Shown here piece by piece: positions 1 to 8,297 of a DNA stretch of 42,709 bases; within the stretch, counting starts at the first letter, position 1; every line of letters starts with the position of its first letter. The notes under the pieces were generated by a model that worked only from the letters and a program-made list of their open reading frames with translations, was not told the origin of the DNA and ran no database searches. Location of the stretch: contig JAGOOX010000002.1 of the NCBI GenBank assembly GCA_017992305.1, positions 1 to 42,709 on the forward strand, in the 5' to 3' direction. This DNA is from Minisyncoccota bacterium (GTDB lineage Bacteria > Patescibacteriota > Minisyncoccia > Phycocordibacterales > UBA9973). Both the position numbers and the translations under genes were made by a program.

Positions 1-1
1 G

Positions 2-169
2 GTACGTATTGGTATGAAGCAAATCGCTGACTCCGTCGGCCGCCCGGACGTCTTCAACCTCGGACGCGACGGTGACGGTTTGTGGCTGCACAGCAATTGG
101 GCGAGACCCGGCAACGCGTGGAATCCGGCCCATAAGTTCGTGTTCCGTCTCCGCAAGTCTGAATCTTAG
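2..169 (+). CDS. 3' end of an unidentified ORF entering from the left edge
   Basis: Frame 2 is open from the window edge to TAG at 167-169 (...GRPDVFNLGRDGDGLWLHSNWARPGNAWNPAHKFVFRLRKSES*). Visibly GC-rich compared with everything downstream. Track ORF 72..266 is in another frame and looks like its shadow. Confidence 0.4.
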   Translation, partial: VRIGMKQIADSVGRPDVFNLGRDGDGLWLHSNWARPGNAWNPAHKFVFRLRKSES

Positions 170-260
170 ACCTGTTGTCTCTTTGTATTTTTCTGATTCT
201 TTGACTCTTGGGTTCTTTGACCCTTTGGCATTTACTCGCGAAGCGAGTCCGCTCAATTTT

Positions 261-584
261 TTATAGAGGTGAAAACGGATCAAAATTACGGATCTCTTTT
301 TCGAGCTTATCCATTTCTTTCATCATTCGCATCATGATTTTAATTGATCGCTTTTTCTTCTGCTCTCCATGAAGGCCGAGCAAATATTCCGCATCCTCAT
401 CAGGCAAGAAAGAAGCCAGTGAAATATATGAAGCGCACAAAAGCTGAATGCGCTCCTTTATGGCTCGCTTCAGATTCGACTTAGATTCCGGTAAGTCAGA
501 GGCTTTGTTGAAAGCATAACTTACCTCGGATTCCTCATATTTGAAATGCTGGCTGGCCTTGATAACGGCCTCAATATCGTCCAC
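261..584 (-). CDS. hypothetical 107-aa protein (GTG start), predicted helical, Lys/Glu-rich C-terminus
   Basis: Only long ORF in this stretch, with coding-like composition. No motif I recognise. Confidence 0.45.
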   Translation of the reverse strand: MDDIEAVIKASQHFKYEESEVSYAFNKASDLPESKSNLKRAIKERIQLLCASYISLASFLPDEDAEYLLGLHGEQKKKRSIKIMMRMMKEMDKLEKEIRNFDPFSPL

Positions 585-632
585 ATACTATTAAATGACG
601 CGAAGCACTCGCAAAGTCCAGACTGTTGGTAA

Positions 633-670
633 ACACCTCTAAATAAGCCTTTATTTAGAGGTGTTTTTAT
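633..670 (+). terminator. intrinsic-terminator-like hairpin
   Basis: Perfect 14-bp stem ACACCTCTAAATAA (633-646) / TTATTTAGAGGTGT (651-664) with a 4-nt loop, followed by TTTTAT. No annotated plus-strand gene ends just upstream, so what it terminates is unclear. Confidence 0.5.
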
Positions 671-683
671 GTTAGAGTTCATT

Positions 684-895
684 TGTACCCCATAGTGTTT
701 ATATATTTAGTGCTTCGTCCCCGAAAGGACTGTTTTCTCTTACCTGTTATAGGCAAAGAGGGGCAGTCCGAGTTCCATAACAGGAACCTTTCGGGGTAGC
801 ACCATTATGGGGTACAGGCTCGGCTGTCCCTCTTTGCCGTTTCTATACAAACCAAATATGGATAGCCGAGACATAGAACTGTACCCCTATGTCTC
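684..895 (+). promoter_or_regulatory. nested inverted repeats plus a crossing (pseudoknot-type) 20-bp complement, upstream of and overlapping the mod start codon
   Basis: Helices: 684-694/806-816 (11 bp), 719-728/787-796 (10 bp), 743-750/777-784 (8 bp). The loop 752-772 is complementary to 819-838 (20 bp, one G-T pair, one bulge). A 9-bp hairpin 868-876/887-895 contains the ATG at 889. Confidence 0.4.
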
Positions 896-2625
896 AAACA
901 GAAAAAGAGCTACGCGCTCAAATTTCAGATTTACAATCTGAAATAAAAAAATTAAAGAATCGCAAAAAATACGGACTCGTCTGGGAAGATAAACCAGAGG
1001 ATGTCGTTTTGCAATGCGAGACGAATATTCCTCTTCTTAAAGAAGTTAAAAGTAGAAAGTTAGTTTCTGATAATTCACTCCCGACGAACATTCTAATCGA
1101 GGGAGATAATTACCACTCGCTTTCTGTTTTGAACTATACGCATCGCGGCGCAGTCGATGTTATTTACGCGGATCCGCCATACAATACCGGCGCAACAGAC
1201 TGGCGATACAACAATGACTATGTAGATAAGAACGACAATTTTCGCCATAGCAAGTGGATCTCTTTTATGGAAAAGAGGTTGCGTTTGGCTAAAAACTTGC
1301 TCAAAGAAAATGGCATAATTTGCGTCACGATTGATGATTATGAAATTTCAAGACTGATTCTCTTGATGGAAGAAATTTTTGGAGAATTCAATCATTTAGG
1401 AACTGTGCCTATCAGAAACAATCCAGCGGGCAGATCTACAACAAAAGGAATATCTATTACCCACGAATATGCCGTCTTTTTTGGAAAAACAGAATCCGCT
1501 TTTGTGTCCAGACTTGATAGAAACCAGTCTCAAATTGACCGATATGATGAAAAAGACGCGAATGGTGCTTTTGAATGGGTTAACTTCCGCAAGCCCGGAA
1601 GTATGCGAGAAGAGTCTCCAAAAATGTACTACCCGATCTTTGCAACCAAAGATTCAATTAGGTTGCCTAAATTAACATGGGACGACAATTTAGAAGATTA
1701 CCAATTATTAGAAAAGCCTAAAAAGGGAGAGGAAATAATCTATCCAATTGATGATGACGGCAAGCAAAGACGTTGGCGTTGGGGTATTGAAAGATTCATG
1801 AATGAACAGGATGAATTTCAATCTCGTATACAAAAAAGCAAACTTCAGATTTATGTAAAGGGACGAATGAACGAAGATGGAATTTTGCCTATGACTTGGT
1901 GGGATAAGAAAGAATATTCTTCGACTGCTTACGGAACAAATCTATTAAAAGATATTTTCGCAGAACTTCAAATATTTTCTTATCCAAAATCTCTCTACGC
2001 AGTAATGGATAGTTTAAGAGTTATGAGTGACAAAAGAGATGCTGTTATTCTCGATTTTTTCGCTGGCTCTGGTACTACAGGTCATGCCGTTCTTGAACTC
2101 AATAAACAAGATGGTGGTAATCGTAAGTTTATTCTTTGTACGAATAATGAAAATAAGATCTGTGAAGAAGTTACATATGAGCGATTGAAACGCGTTATTA
2201 AAGGATATAAAAACAGAAAAGGAGTGAAAGTCGAGGGTCTTAGTGGGAATTTATCTTACTTTAAAACCGATATGGTAAACGTAGATAAGTTACATCGTAT
2301 TTCTGATGAGGCAAAAATTAAAATTACTTATCAGGCTGGAGAGATGATCGCACTCCGAGAAAACACCTCAAATGAAGTCGATAAAAATGAGTGGTGGCAA
2401 ATTTTTGAAGGTAACGGAAAGTTAACCGCTATCTATTTCACGGAAGATAAAACAAAACTTAAAGAAATTATAAAGATTCTTGAGAAGAAAAATCAGCCAA
2501 CAACGCTGTATGTTTTTGGTTGGGGTAAGAATGAGTATAAGAATGATTATTCTACGAGGACTATCCGTGTCGAAGATATTCCCGAACCGATCCTTGAAGT
2601 TTATAAAGAAATTAACCGCATTTAA
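889..2625 (+). CDS. mod: type III restriction-modification DNA methyltransferase (Mod), beta-class amino-MTase
   Basis: 578 aa. Motif IV ADPPYNTG precedes motif I FFAGSGTTGHAV. N-terminal coiled coil then KYGLVWEDK, typical of Mod. 3-nt gap to res. Confidence 0.9.
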   Translation: MSQTEKELRAQISDLQSEIKKLKNRKKYGLVWEDKPEDVVLQCETNIPLLKEVKSRKLVSDNSLPTNILIEGDNYHSLSVLNYTHRGAVDVIYADPPYNTGATDWRYNNDYVDKNDNFRHSKWISFMEKRLRLAKNLLKENGIICVTIDDYEISRLILLMEEIFGEFNHLGTVPIRNNPAGRSTTKGISITHEYAVFFGKTESAFVSRLDRNQSQIDRYDEKDANGAFEWVNFRKPGSMREESPKMYYPIFATKDSIRLPKLTWDDNLEDYQLLEKPKKGEEIIYPIDDDGKQRRWRWGIERFMNEQDEFQSRIQKSKLQIYVKGRMNEDGILPMTWWDKKEYSSTAYGTNLLKDIFAELQIFSYPKSLYAVMDSLRVMSDKRDAVILDFFAGSGTTGHAVLELNKQDGGNRKFILCTNNENKICEEVTYERLKRVIKGYKNRKGVKVEGLSGNLSYFKTDMVNVDKLHRISDEAKIKITYQAGEMIALRENTSNEVDKNEWWQIFEGNGKLTAIYFTEDKTKLKEIIKILEKKNQPTTLYVFGWGKNEYKNDYSTRTIRVEDIPEPILEVYKEINRI

Positions 2626-2628
2626 TCT

Positions 2629-4923
2629 ATGTTCGCACTTAAACCATTCCAAGAAACTGCAATCTCACAACTCAAGGAGAAATTCCTGACGCTTTGGAAA
2701 CTTGGCGATCGTAATTTAAACCTGACTTTTAAATCTCCAACTGGATCGGGTAAGACAATTATGATGGCGCAGTTTCTCCGCGATATTGTTTCTGATCCAC
2801 GCTTCCAGAATGCTGACGTTGGATTTCTGTGGATCACAAACTCAGACTCGCTTGCGATGCAATCCAAAGACAAACTTTTTTCATATTACGGCGGTGCAAG
2901 CGAAAATACGCTCCTTGATTTGAATGATCTCCGTGACGGTTGCATCCCTCGAAGCGGTGTCTTTTTCATAAACTGGCAGAAGTTGGTGTCTCGCGCGCAA
3001 ACAAACCGTAAGCTCCGCACTGAGGGAGAATTGAATACTACTTTTGACGAATATCTTGAAGCTACACACTCGCAAGGTCGCGAAGTGGTACTTATCATCG
3101 ACGAGGAACATATCGCCTCGTCCACGGTGCTTGCAAGCGACCTTATCCAGAATGTTATTAAGCCCCGAATTATTATCGGTGTTTCTGCTACCCCGCAAAC
3201 AGTAGGCGTGACTGTAGACGTTAATCGTGCCGATGTTGTGCGTGAGGGGCTTATCAAAGAAAAGATTATTTTTCAGACAGAAGAAGATTTGGCTAAAAAA
3301 GAATTTGCGGGAATGGATCAGGACGATATTCTTTTGACTCTCGCATATAACAAACGAGCCGAGCTTGTGGCGTATTACAAAGAAATTGGTGTTGAAGTGA
3401 ACCCTCTCGTATTGGTACAGCTTCCAAATGACGACAAAGCAAGTAAGGAGTCAGGTGGAGTAACAAAACAAGCTTTGATAACTGACTTTCTTAAATCAAA
3501 AGGTGTTTTTGAGCATGAGATTGCGGTGTGGCTTTCCGAAGATAAGATCAACCTTGAAGACATCGAGAGAAACAATTCGCCAGTATCATTTCTTCTTTTT
3601 AAACAAGCCGCCGCGACAGGCTGGGATTGTCCTCGCGCAAGTGTGCTTGTGATGTTCCGTGAGATTAAAAACCCAACTTTTGCTATTCAGACTGTTGGCC
3701 GTATTCTTCGTATGCCTCTAGGTTTTCATTTTCCAAAGCCAGAATTAAATCTAGGTTATCTTTATACCAACTACAAAAGAAACGAAGTCATCACGGGTTA
3801 CTCTAAATCTACAGAACAAAACCGACCTGCCATTTACGGAAGTTACCGCAAGCAATCTGTTAAGCCTATTATGGTTGATTCCGTATTCATGAGTCGTACC
3901 GACTATAACGACCTTGGTGATTCTTTCCAAGACGTATTTCAAAAAGTAGCAGATAAGTATTTTGGAATCAATGAAAAAGAAACTAAGGTACTCAAGCGAC
4001 TGAAAGACAAAGGTTTAGATATATCTGTAACAGTTACGAATGGACTAATCGTTAATGTGGAAATTGACGATTATGATAATTTCACAAAAGAGCTACTGGC
4101 AGAAGGTGGAAGCCACGATCAAGAAATGTCCCAGTATGATCTTGAACGCCTATACAACTTATTCTGCTTTAACCTTATTGCAAAGCAGACTGACGAAAAC
4201 AAGAAATTTGCACCAGAGCGTTCATGGGGAAAGCTCAAGACCGCTCTTAATGTTTGGTTATTGAACAATACAGGAGAAACACGCCATGTTATTTACAACA
4301 TTATCGTTAACGACCTGTTGAACCAAGCAAGCGTTCTCGCTCCTGTGATCGGTGATGCTCTTGCAGTCTATCGTCCAATCCGTGAACAAGAAGTAAATCG
4401 CAAATCTGAGCGCGCAAAACGAACGGAGCAAATTGAGATTCCTCGTGAGAGTCTTTTCTATACCGACCAGTACGAAGAAATGAGTGTGAAGAAATCGGCT
4501 ATGGCTCCGTTTTATATCGAGAGAGATTACAAAGGCGAAGATAACGAAAAGGAATTCATTAAATTCCTAGAAGAGCACAAAGCTATTGAATGGTGGTACA
4601 AAAACGGTGATTCAGGAAGCGAATATTTCTCGCTTGCTTACTACAACCCTGACGAGAATAAAGAAAAACTCTTTTATCCTGATTGGATTTTTAAGACAAA
4701 AGACAAGGTTTGGATCGTAGACACCAAGAAAGGATCTACTGCTGAAATTGCCGATACTAAATACAAAGCCGAGGCGCTGCAAGAATGGCTCAAAGGTAAA
4801 AAGAATATAGCTGGTGGTATTGCTGTTCAAGACGGCCCGAATGGTTGGAAACTCAATTCAGGAAAGAAATATACTTACTCTCCGAGCTTGAACGGTTGGG
4901 ATAATTTAAAGGATGTTATATGA
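2629..4923 (+). CDS. res: type III restriction endonuclease/helicase subunit (Res)
   Basis: 764 aa. SF2 helicase motifs SPTGSGKT (I), IIDEEH (II), SAT (III), QTVGRILR (VI). C-terminal PD-(D/E)xK-like YPDW...IVDTKKG. Confidence 0.9.
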   Translation: MFALKPFQETAISQLKEKFLTLWKLGDRNLNLTFKSPTGSGKTIMMAQFLRDIVSDPRFQNADVGFLWITNSDSLAMQSKDKLFSYYGGASENTLLDLNDLRDGCIPRSGVFFINWQKLVSRAQTNRKLRTEGELNTTFDEYLEATHSQGREVVLIIDEEHIASSTVLASDLIQNVIKPRIIIGVSATPQTVGVTVDVNRADVVREGLIKEKIIFQTEEDLAKKEFAGMDQDDILLTLAYNKRAELVAYYKEIGVEVNPLVLVQLPNDDKASKESGGVTKQALITDFLKSKGVFEHEIAVWLSEDKINLEDIERNNSPVSFLLFKQAAATGWDCPRASVLVMFREIKNPTFAIQTVGRILRMPLGFHFPKPELNLGYLYTNYKRNEVITGYSKSTEQNRPAIYGSYRKQSVKPIMVDSVFMSRTDYNDLGDSFQDVFQKVADKYFGINEKETKVLKRLKDKGLDISVTVTNGLIVNVEIDDYDNFTKELLAEGGSHDQEMSQYDLERLYNLFCFNLIAKQTDENKKFAPERSWGKLKTALNVWLLNNTGETRHVIYNIIVNDLLNQASVLAPVIGDALAVYRPIREQEVNRKSERAKRTEQIEIPRESLFYTDQYEEMSVKKSAMAPFYIERDYKGEDNEKEFIKFLEEHKAIEWWYKNGDSGSEYFSLAYYNPDENKEKLFYPDWIFKTKDKVWIVDTKKGSTAEIADTKYKAEALQEWLKGKKNIAGGIAVQDGPNGWKLNSGKKYTYSPSLNGWDNLKDVI

Positions 4924-5369
4924 CCGAGCATGAAGACAAAACCAAATCACTAGAAATACTTGTAAATGCAACAAGAAGCAAGGTTGATTATTTACTCAAT
5001 GCCGATAACGGACTTGATGCAAAAGCAGGAGTAATGATTCCACTAGAGGGAGCTATTCTCATTTTCTACATACAAAGTTTTCATCATATCCATGCTCTTC
5101 AAGTAATACCGATAATGATTCTGCTCTTTTCTGGATATTTCCTTTGGCAAACATTGAAAGTTAAAACATATAATACGGGCGTAGTGGATTTTTATAATGA
5201 TCCAAAAGATTATCGTTCAATGAAAACTGAAACCCTTTTAGATCAATTACTCTCAGATTATCAAAAAGCGTTTGATGATAATTCAAAAGCTTTGGAAGGC
5301 AAGAACAAGGATTACAAACAAGCACTTACATTATTCCTAGTCGGTATATTGCTAATGATTTTTATCTAA
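4920..5369 (+). CDS. 149-aa three-TM membrane protein, translationally coupled to res
   Basis: ATGA start/stop overlap with res (4920-4923) and AAGGA about 8 nt upstream. Hydrophobic segments GVMIPLEGAILIFYIQSF, LQVIPIMILLFSGYFLWQTL and C-terminal ALTLFLVGILLMIFI. Confidence 0.7.
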   Translation: MTEHEDKTKSLEILVNATRSKVDYLLNADNGLDAKAGVMIPLEGAILIFYIQSFHHIHALQVIPIMILLFSGYFLWQTLKVKTYNTGVVDFYNDPKDYRSMKTETLLDQLLSDYQKAFDDNSKALEGKNKDYKQALTLFLVGILLMIFI

Positions 5370-5372
5370 TAT

Positions 5373-5474
5373 ATGGCAAATAATAACTCTAAACCAGCGC
5401 CAAAACCCCAGCCAGCGCCACGACCAACACCAAGCCAAGGTCAGCCTGTTCAGAAAGGTGGTAAAGGAAAATAA
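5373..5474 (+). CDS. possible 33-aa Pro/Lys-rich micro-ORF (MANNNSKPAPKPQPAPRPTPSQGQPVQKGGKGK)
   Basis: ATG lies 3 nt after the preceding stop. Locally GC-rich, with the direct repeat CCAGCGCCA twice. No SD and below the ORF-track cutoff. Confidence 0.25.
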   Translation: MANNNSKPAPKPQPAPRPTPSQGQPVQKGGKGK

Positions 5475-5479
5475 AAAAT

Positions 5480-6970
5480 TTACATTCCTAGCTTTTTAAA
5501 CTCCTCAGAATATAAATTAGCAATTTCAGCTACACCGTCATCCTTCTCGGTATCAAACAAGAAACCACCCTCATTAATATCGGGAATGTAATGCGAAGAT
5601 TTTTCCGTGTAGAGATATTCGGTTGCCGTATCTAGTAGCCTACTCATACTGTGGTTTAAAAGAGCAACTTCTTCTTTGTATGAATTAATGAAATGATCGT
5701 ATTGATCGGTTATATCAATATCAAACTGAATGGAAAATCTTTCAGCTAGGTTCTTAAACTCGCAAAGTGTTTTGTAGCTTTTAACTGGATACGCATGCTT
5801 CTTCACAAAGAGATGCATATTTGCAGCTGGTAAAAGCATTTCAACCTGTCGCTTATATTCAGAAATAAAGAGCAGATTCTCTTTGCAAGCGAGCAAACTA
5901 GTGCCGGTTACAATCTCCAGCGTTTTCTTCATTCCCAGTATCTCTATCTCGACAGATCCTTTTTCTAGCTTCTTTGCATCAAACAAACTTTGAAAAACCT
6001 GCTCGGACTTTTTCAGTTCCGTGTACCAAGCTGTGAATAGCTCCTTATGATTCTTTTTAGTGTTTCCATTCCAGGTATTGAAACGCTCGCTCATAAAAAT
6101 CGGTGAGTAGTCATTCACGAACAACCCTTCGTCTAGCCAACGAGATATTGCATCCTTAACCAAAGACTCCATGCTTATATTTTTGTTTTTTACATATTCC
6201 TCTAGTCCTGATAAGACTTTGCTTTCAAAATCACTATCGTCGTATTGAATATGTGCATCGTATGCCATCTTTTTGAAGATATCTTCTACGGGTAATTCAC
6301 CAAAGAAGTGGTGGATCAAAAATCCATCTTTCTCTGATGTACTTTTCTTTATCTTCTTTGCTCCCTCGTAGTACATACCAGAGTAGATACGACCAATGAT
6401 GAGATCTTTGTCTTGTTTGCTTAACTCAGTACCGTCCTTAAATCTCTCATAAAGAAATACCTCGTCCTCTAAATATCGTTTGTCGCAGTTAGCATATTCA
6501 TCGAGCAGGAATAAATCATTTTGAATTTCCTTCGGTAGATTGTTGAAGGTGAAAATATGAAGCAGTTTTTGATACTCAAAATAAGTATGCTCAGTAAGAA
6601 ACTGCATGCTTTCTTCTCTCGGGATATCCTTGAGAAATTCTTGCTCCGCTAACGCCTTAAGCAAGGTTGCATTGAAAACGAAACTATCAAGCACTCTTTG
6701 ATTTCGCAACAGTGCTATTTCCGCTCTGTTTAAAAACATTTGAGCATCCATCTTCATGGTATTTTCTAAGCGAACAATACCCACATATCTGTTATATTCT
6801 TTTGCCTCGATTACTCTTGGGTTCCAGCTATCTATCAATACATACACTTCGGAGTCAGACAACATGCTTTCGCCAGTCTTTTCTTTGTGAATATCATTAT
6901 GAACAAGCGTCTTCACTCGTTCAAAAGGCGTTATTGATGATCTTCTTAAAATGTTACTGAGATTTTTCAT
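5480..6970 (-). CDS. hypothetical 496-aa protein, last gene of the minus-strand operon
   Basis: Long uninterrupted ORF with a 4-nt ATGA overlap with the upstream 66-aa ORF. No P-loop, nuclease, HEPN or MTase motif found by eye. Confidence 0.75.
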   Translation of the reverse strand: MKNLSNILRRSSITPFERVKTLVHNDIHKEKTGESMLSDSEVYVLIDSWNPRVIEAKEYNRYVGIVRLENTMKMDAQMFLNRAEIALLRNQRVLDSFVFNATLLKALAEQEFLKDIPREESMQFLTEHTYFEYQKLLHIFTFNNLPKEIQNDLFLLDEYANCDKRYLEDEVFLYERFKDGTELSKQDKDLIIGRIYSGMYYEGAKKIKKSTSEKDGFLIHHFFGELPVEDIFKKMAYDAHIQYDDSDFESKVLSGLEEYVKNKNISMESLVKDAISRWLDEGLFVNDYSPIFMSERFNTWNGNTKKNHKELFTAWYTELKKSEQVFQSLFDAKKLEKGSVEIEILGMKKTLEIVTGTSLLACKENLLFISEYKRQVEMLLPAANMHLFVKKHAYPVKSYKTLCEFKNLAERFSIQFDIDITDQYDHFINSYKEEVALLNHSMSRLLDTATEYLYTEKSSHYIPDINEGGFLFDTEKDDGVAEIANLYSEEFKKLGM

Positions 6971-7167
6971 GAGTCTTTATTTTTTCTTAGTATGCTTTCC
7001 AAGAATTCAACCCGATCTTTAAGATCAGTGTTCGCAATGTTCTTTGAAAGCGTTGCTGTAAGACGAGCAATCACCGATGCCTGCTTGAGTGGTATTTCCT
7101 TATTCAACACCTTGTGAATGGTGTCCGAGAGAATACTATTTATTTCTTCTAAGTTAATCTTTTTCAT
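6967..7167 (-). CDS. hypothetical 66-aa helical protein
   Basis: Operon position (1-nt gap upstream, 4-nt overlap downstream). Amphipathic helix pattern ...LKQASVIARLTATLSKNI...RVEFLESIL. Confidence 0.55.
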   Translation of the reverse strand: MKKINLEEINSILSDTIHKVLNKEIPLKQASVIARLTATLSKNIANTDLKDRVEFLESILRKNKDS

Positions 7168-7168
7168 A

Positions 7169-7543
7169 CTAGTTGTTTTCTATAATCTCAAACCAAGCTC
7201 TCACTTCATGAGCTTTGCCGCTTTTGATGATGTTCTTATAGAGCGCAAAGATAACATTCGGAGTCAGCTTTCTTGCCCAAGAGTTGATGTCTTTGACTAG
7301 TCCATCTTTCTCAAGTCTCTTATTCCAATCCGTGAGCGTGCCGGTATCGACCTTGTATGTTTTCGAGAATTCAGCCTGAGTCTTTATGGCAAGCAGTTCA
7401 AACGCTGATTCCTCCTCAATACCAAATTTCTCAAGCGCTACTCTTGGCTGTCCCTTGAGAAACGAAGGAAAAGACTTCCAAAGAGCGTAAGTCTCGTAGA
7501 CTTGCTTCTTGTATGGATCTTTTGAAAAGTCTTCTTCCATCAT
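7169..7543 (-). CDS. 124-aa HTH-type DNA-binding protein, phage terminase-small-subunit-like (tentative)
   Basis: HTH-like segment TQAEFSKTYKVDTGTLTDWNKRL. Sits directly after the two MTase genes, as in many phage packaging modules. Confidence 0.6.
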   Translation of the reverse strand: MMEEDFSKDPYKKQVYETYALWKSFPSFLKGQPRVALEKFGIEEESAFELLAIKTQAEFSKTYKVDTGTLTDWNKRLEKDGLVKDINSWARKLTPNVIFALYKNIIKSGKAHEVRAWFEIIENN

Positions 7544-7547
7544 TTCA

Positions 7548-8297
7548 TTAGAGCTTTATCGCTGTTTCGCCAGTGAGCTTTTCGAGTCTTTTGAGCGTAG
7601 TTTCTACATATGCTTCATCAAGCTCGATACCGACACACTTTCGACCTAAGTGTTCACAGGCAATAGCGGTTGAGCCACTTCCAAGGAATGGATCGTAAAC
7701 AATGTCACCGACCTTTGTTGAGTTAGGGATGATTTTTCTGAGCAGTCCGATCGGTTTTTGTGTCGGGTGAAGTCTGGATTTGGTCGGTCGGGGGTGGTAG
7801 ATAACATTTCTCGCTTTAGACCGTTCCATTCGATGCTTACCGAACCAACCGTATGCAATGAGTTCATACATCGACAAGTAATCCTTTCGGCTCATGACGG
7901 GCTGGTTCTTGAGCCAAATTATCATTTGGCTGTAGTAGAAACCAGCGGACTTCATGCCAGAGCGTAGGCTCGGGAACATCGGATCGGCATTAAAGATATA
8001 GACCGTGTTGTACTCTTCTAGGTGCGGGATAGTCGCACCTAGATACTTACGAGTAAATTGCTCGTATTCTTCTTCTGATTGTAGATGATCATTGGCAATA
8101 ACTTTCTCATTCTTAACGCCGAGTTTTGAGAATCCTATTTTATTTTCTACATAGGCAACGCCATACGGAGGATCAGTCACAACTGCTCGTATTTTATTGT
8201 TTCCTATAACTTTTGCGACAAAGGCATTGTCTAGGGAATCGCCACAACCGATAATGTGATCACCAATCTTAAAAATATCTCCTTTATTTATTTTCAT
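7548..8297 (-). CDS. DNA methyltransferase, beta-class N6A/N4C (ParB-less)
   Basis: 249 aa. Motif IV TDPPYGV near the N-terminus and motif I DPFLGSGSTAIACE near the C-terminus. Confidence 0.9.
   Translation of the reverse strand: MKINKGDIFKIGDHIIGCGDSLDNAFVAKVIGNNKIRAVVTDPPYGVAYVENKIGFSKLGVKNEKVIANDHLQSEEEYEQFTRKYLGATIPHLEEYNTVYIFNADPMFPSLRSGMKSAGFYYSQMIIWLKNQPVMSRKDYLSMYELIAYGWFGKHRMERSKARNVIYHPRPTKSRLHPTQKPIGLLRKIIPNSTKVGDIVYDPFLGSGSTAIACEHLGRKCVGIELDEAYVETTLKRLEKLTGETAIKL

Noticed and set aside
72-266. 64-aa plus-strand track ORF
   Set aside because: It overlaps the better-supported frame-2 ORF tail (2-169), runs on through the terminator-like hairpin at 233-247, and has a non-coding-like composition (Ser/Leu/Arg/Cys).
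889-2625. Phase-variable simple-sequence repeat in mod
   Set aside because: Type III mod genes are often phase-variable. I found no homopolymer or short tandem repeat tract of meaningful length in or just upstream of the ORF.
2881-3257. 105- and 123-aa minus-strand ORFs inside res; similar antisense ORFs inside pilins, pilB, gatA, thrS and others
   Set aside because: All lie within genes that have strong family motifs on the opposite strand, and none has its own start or terminator context.
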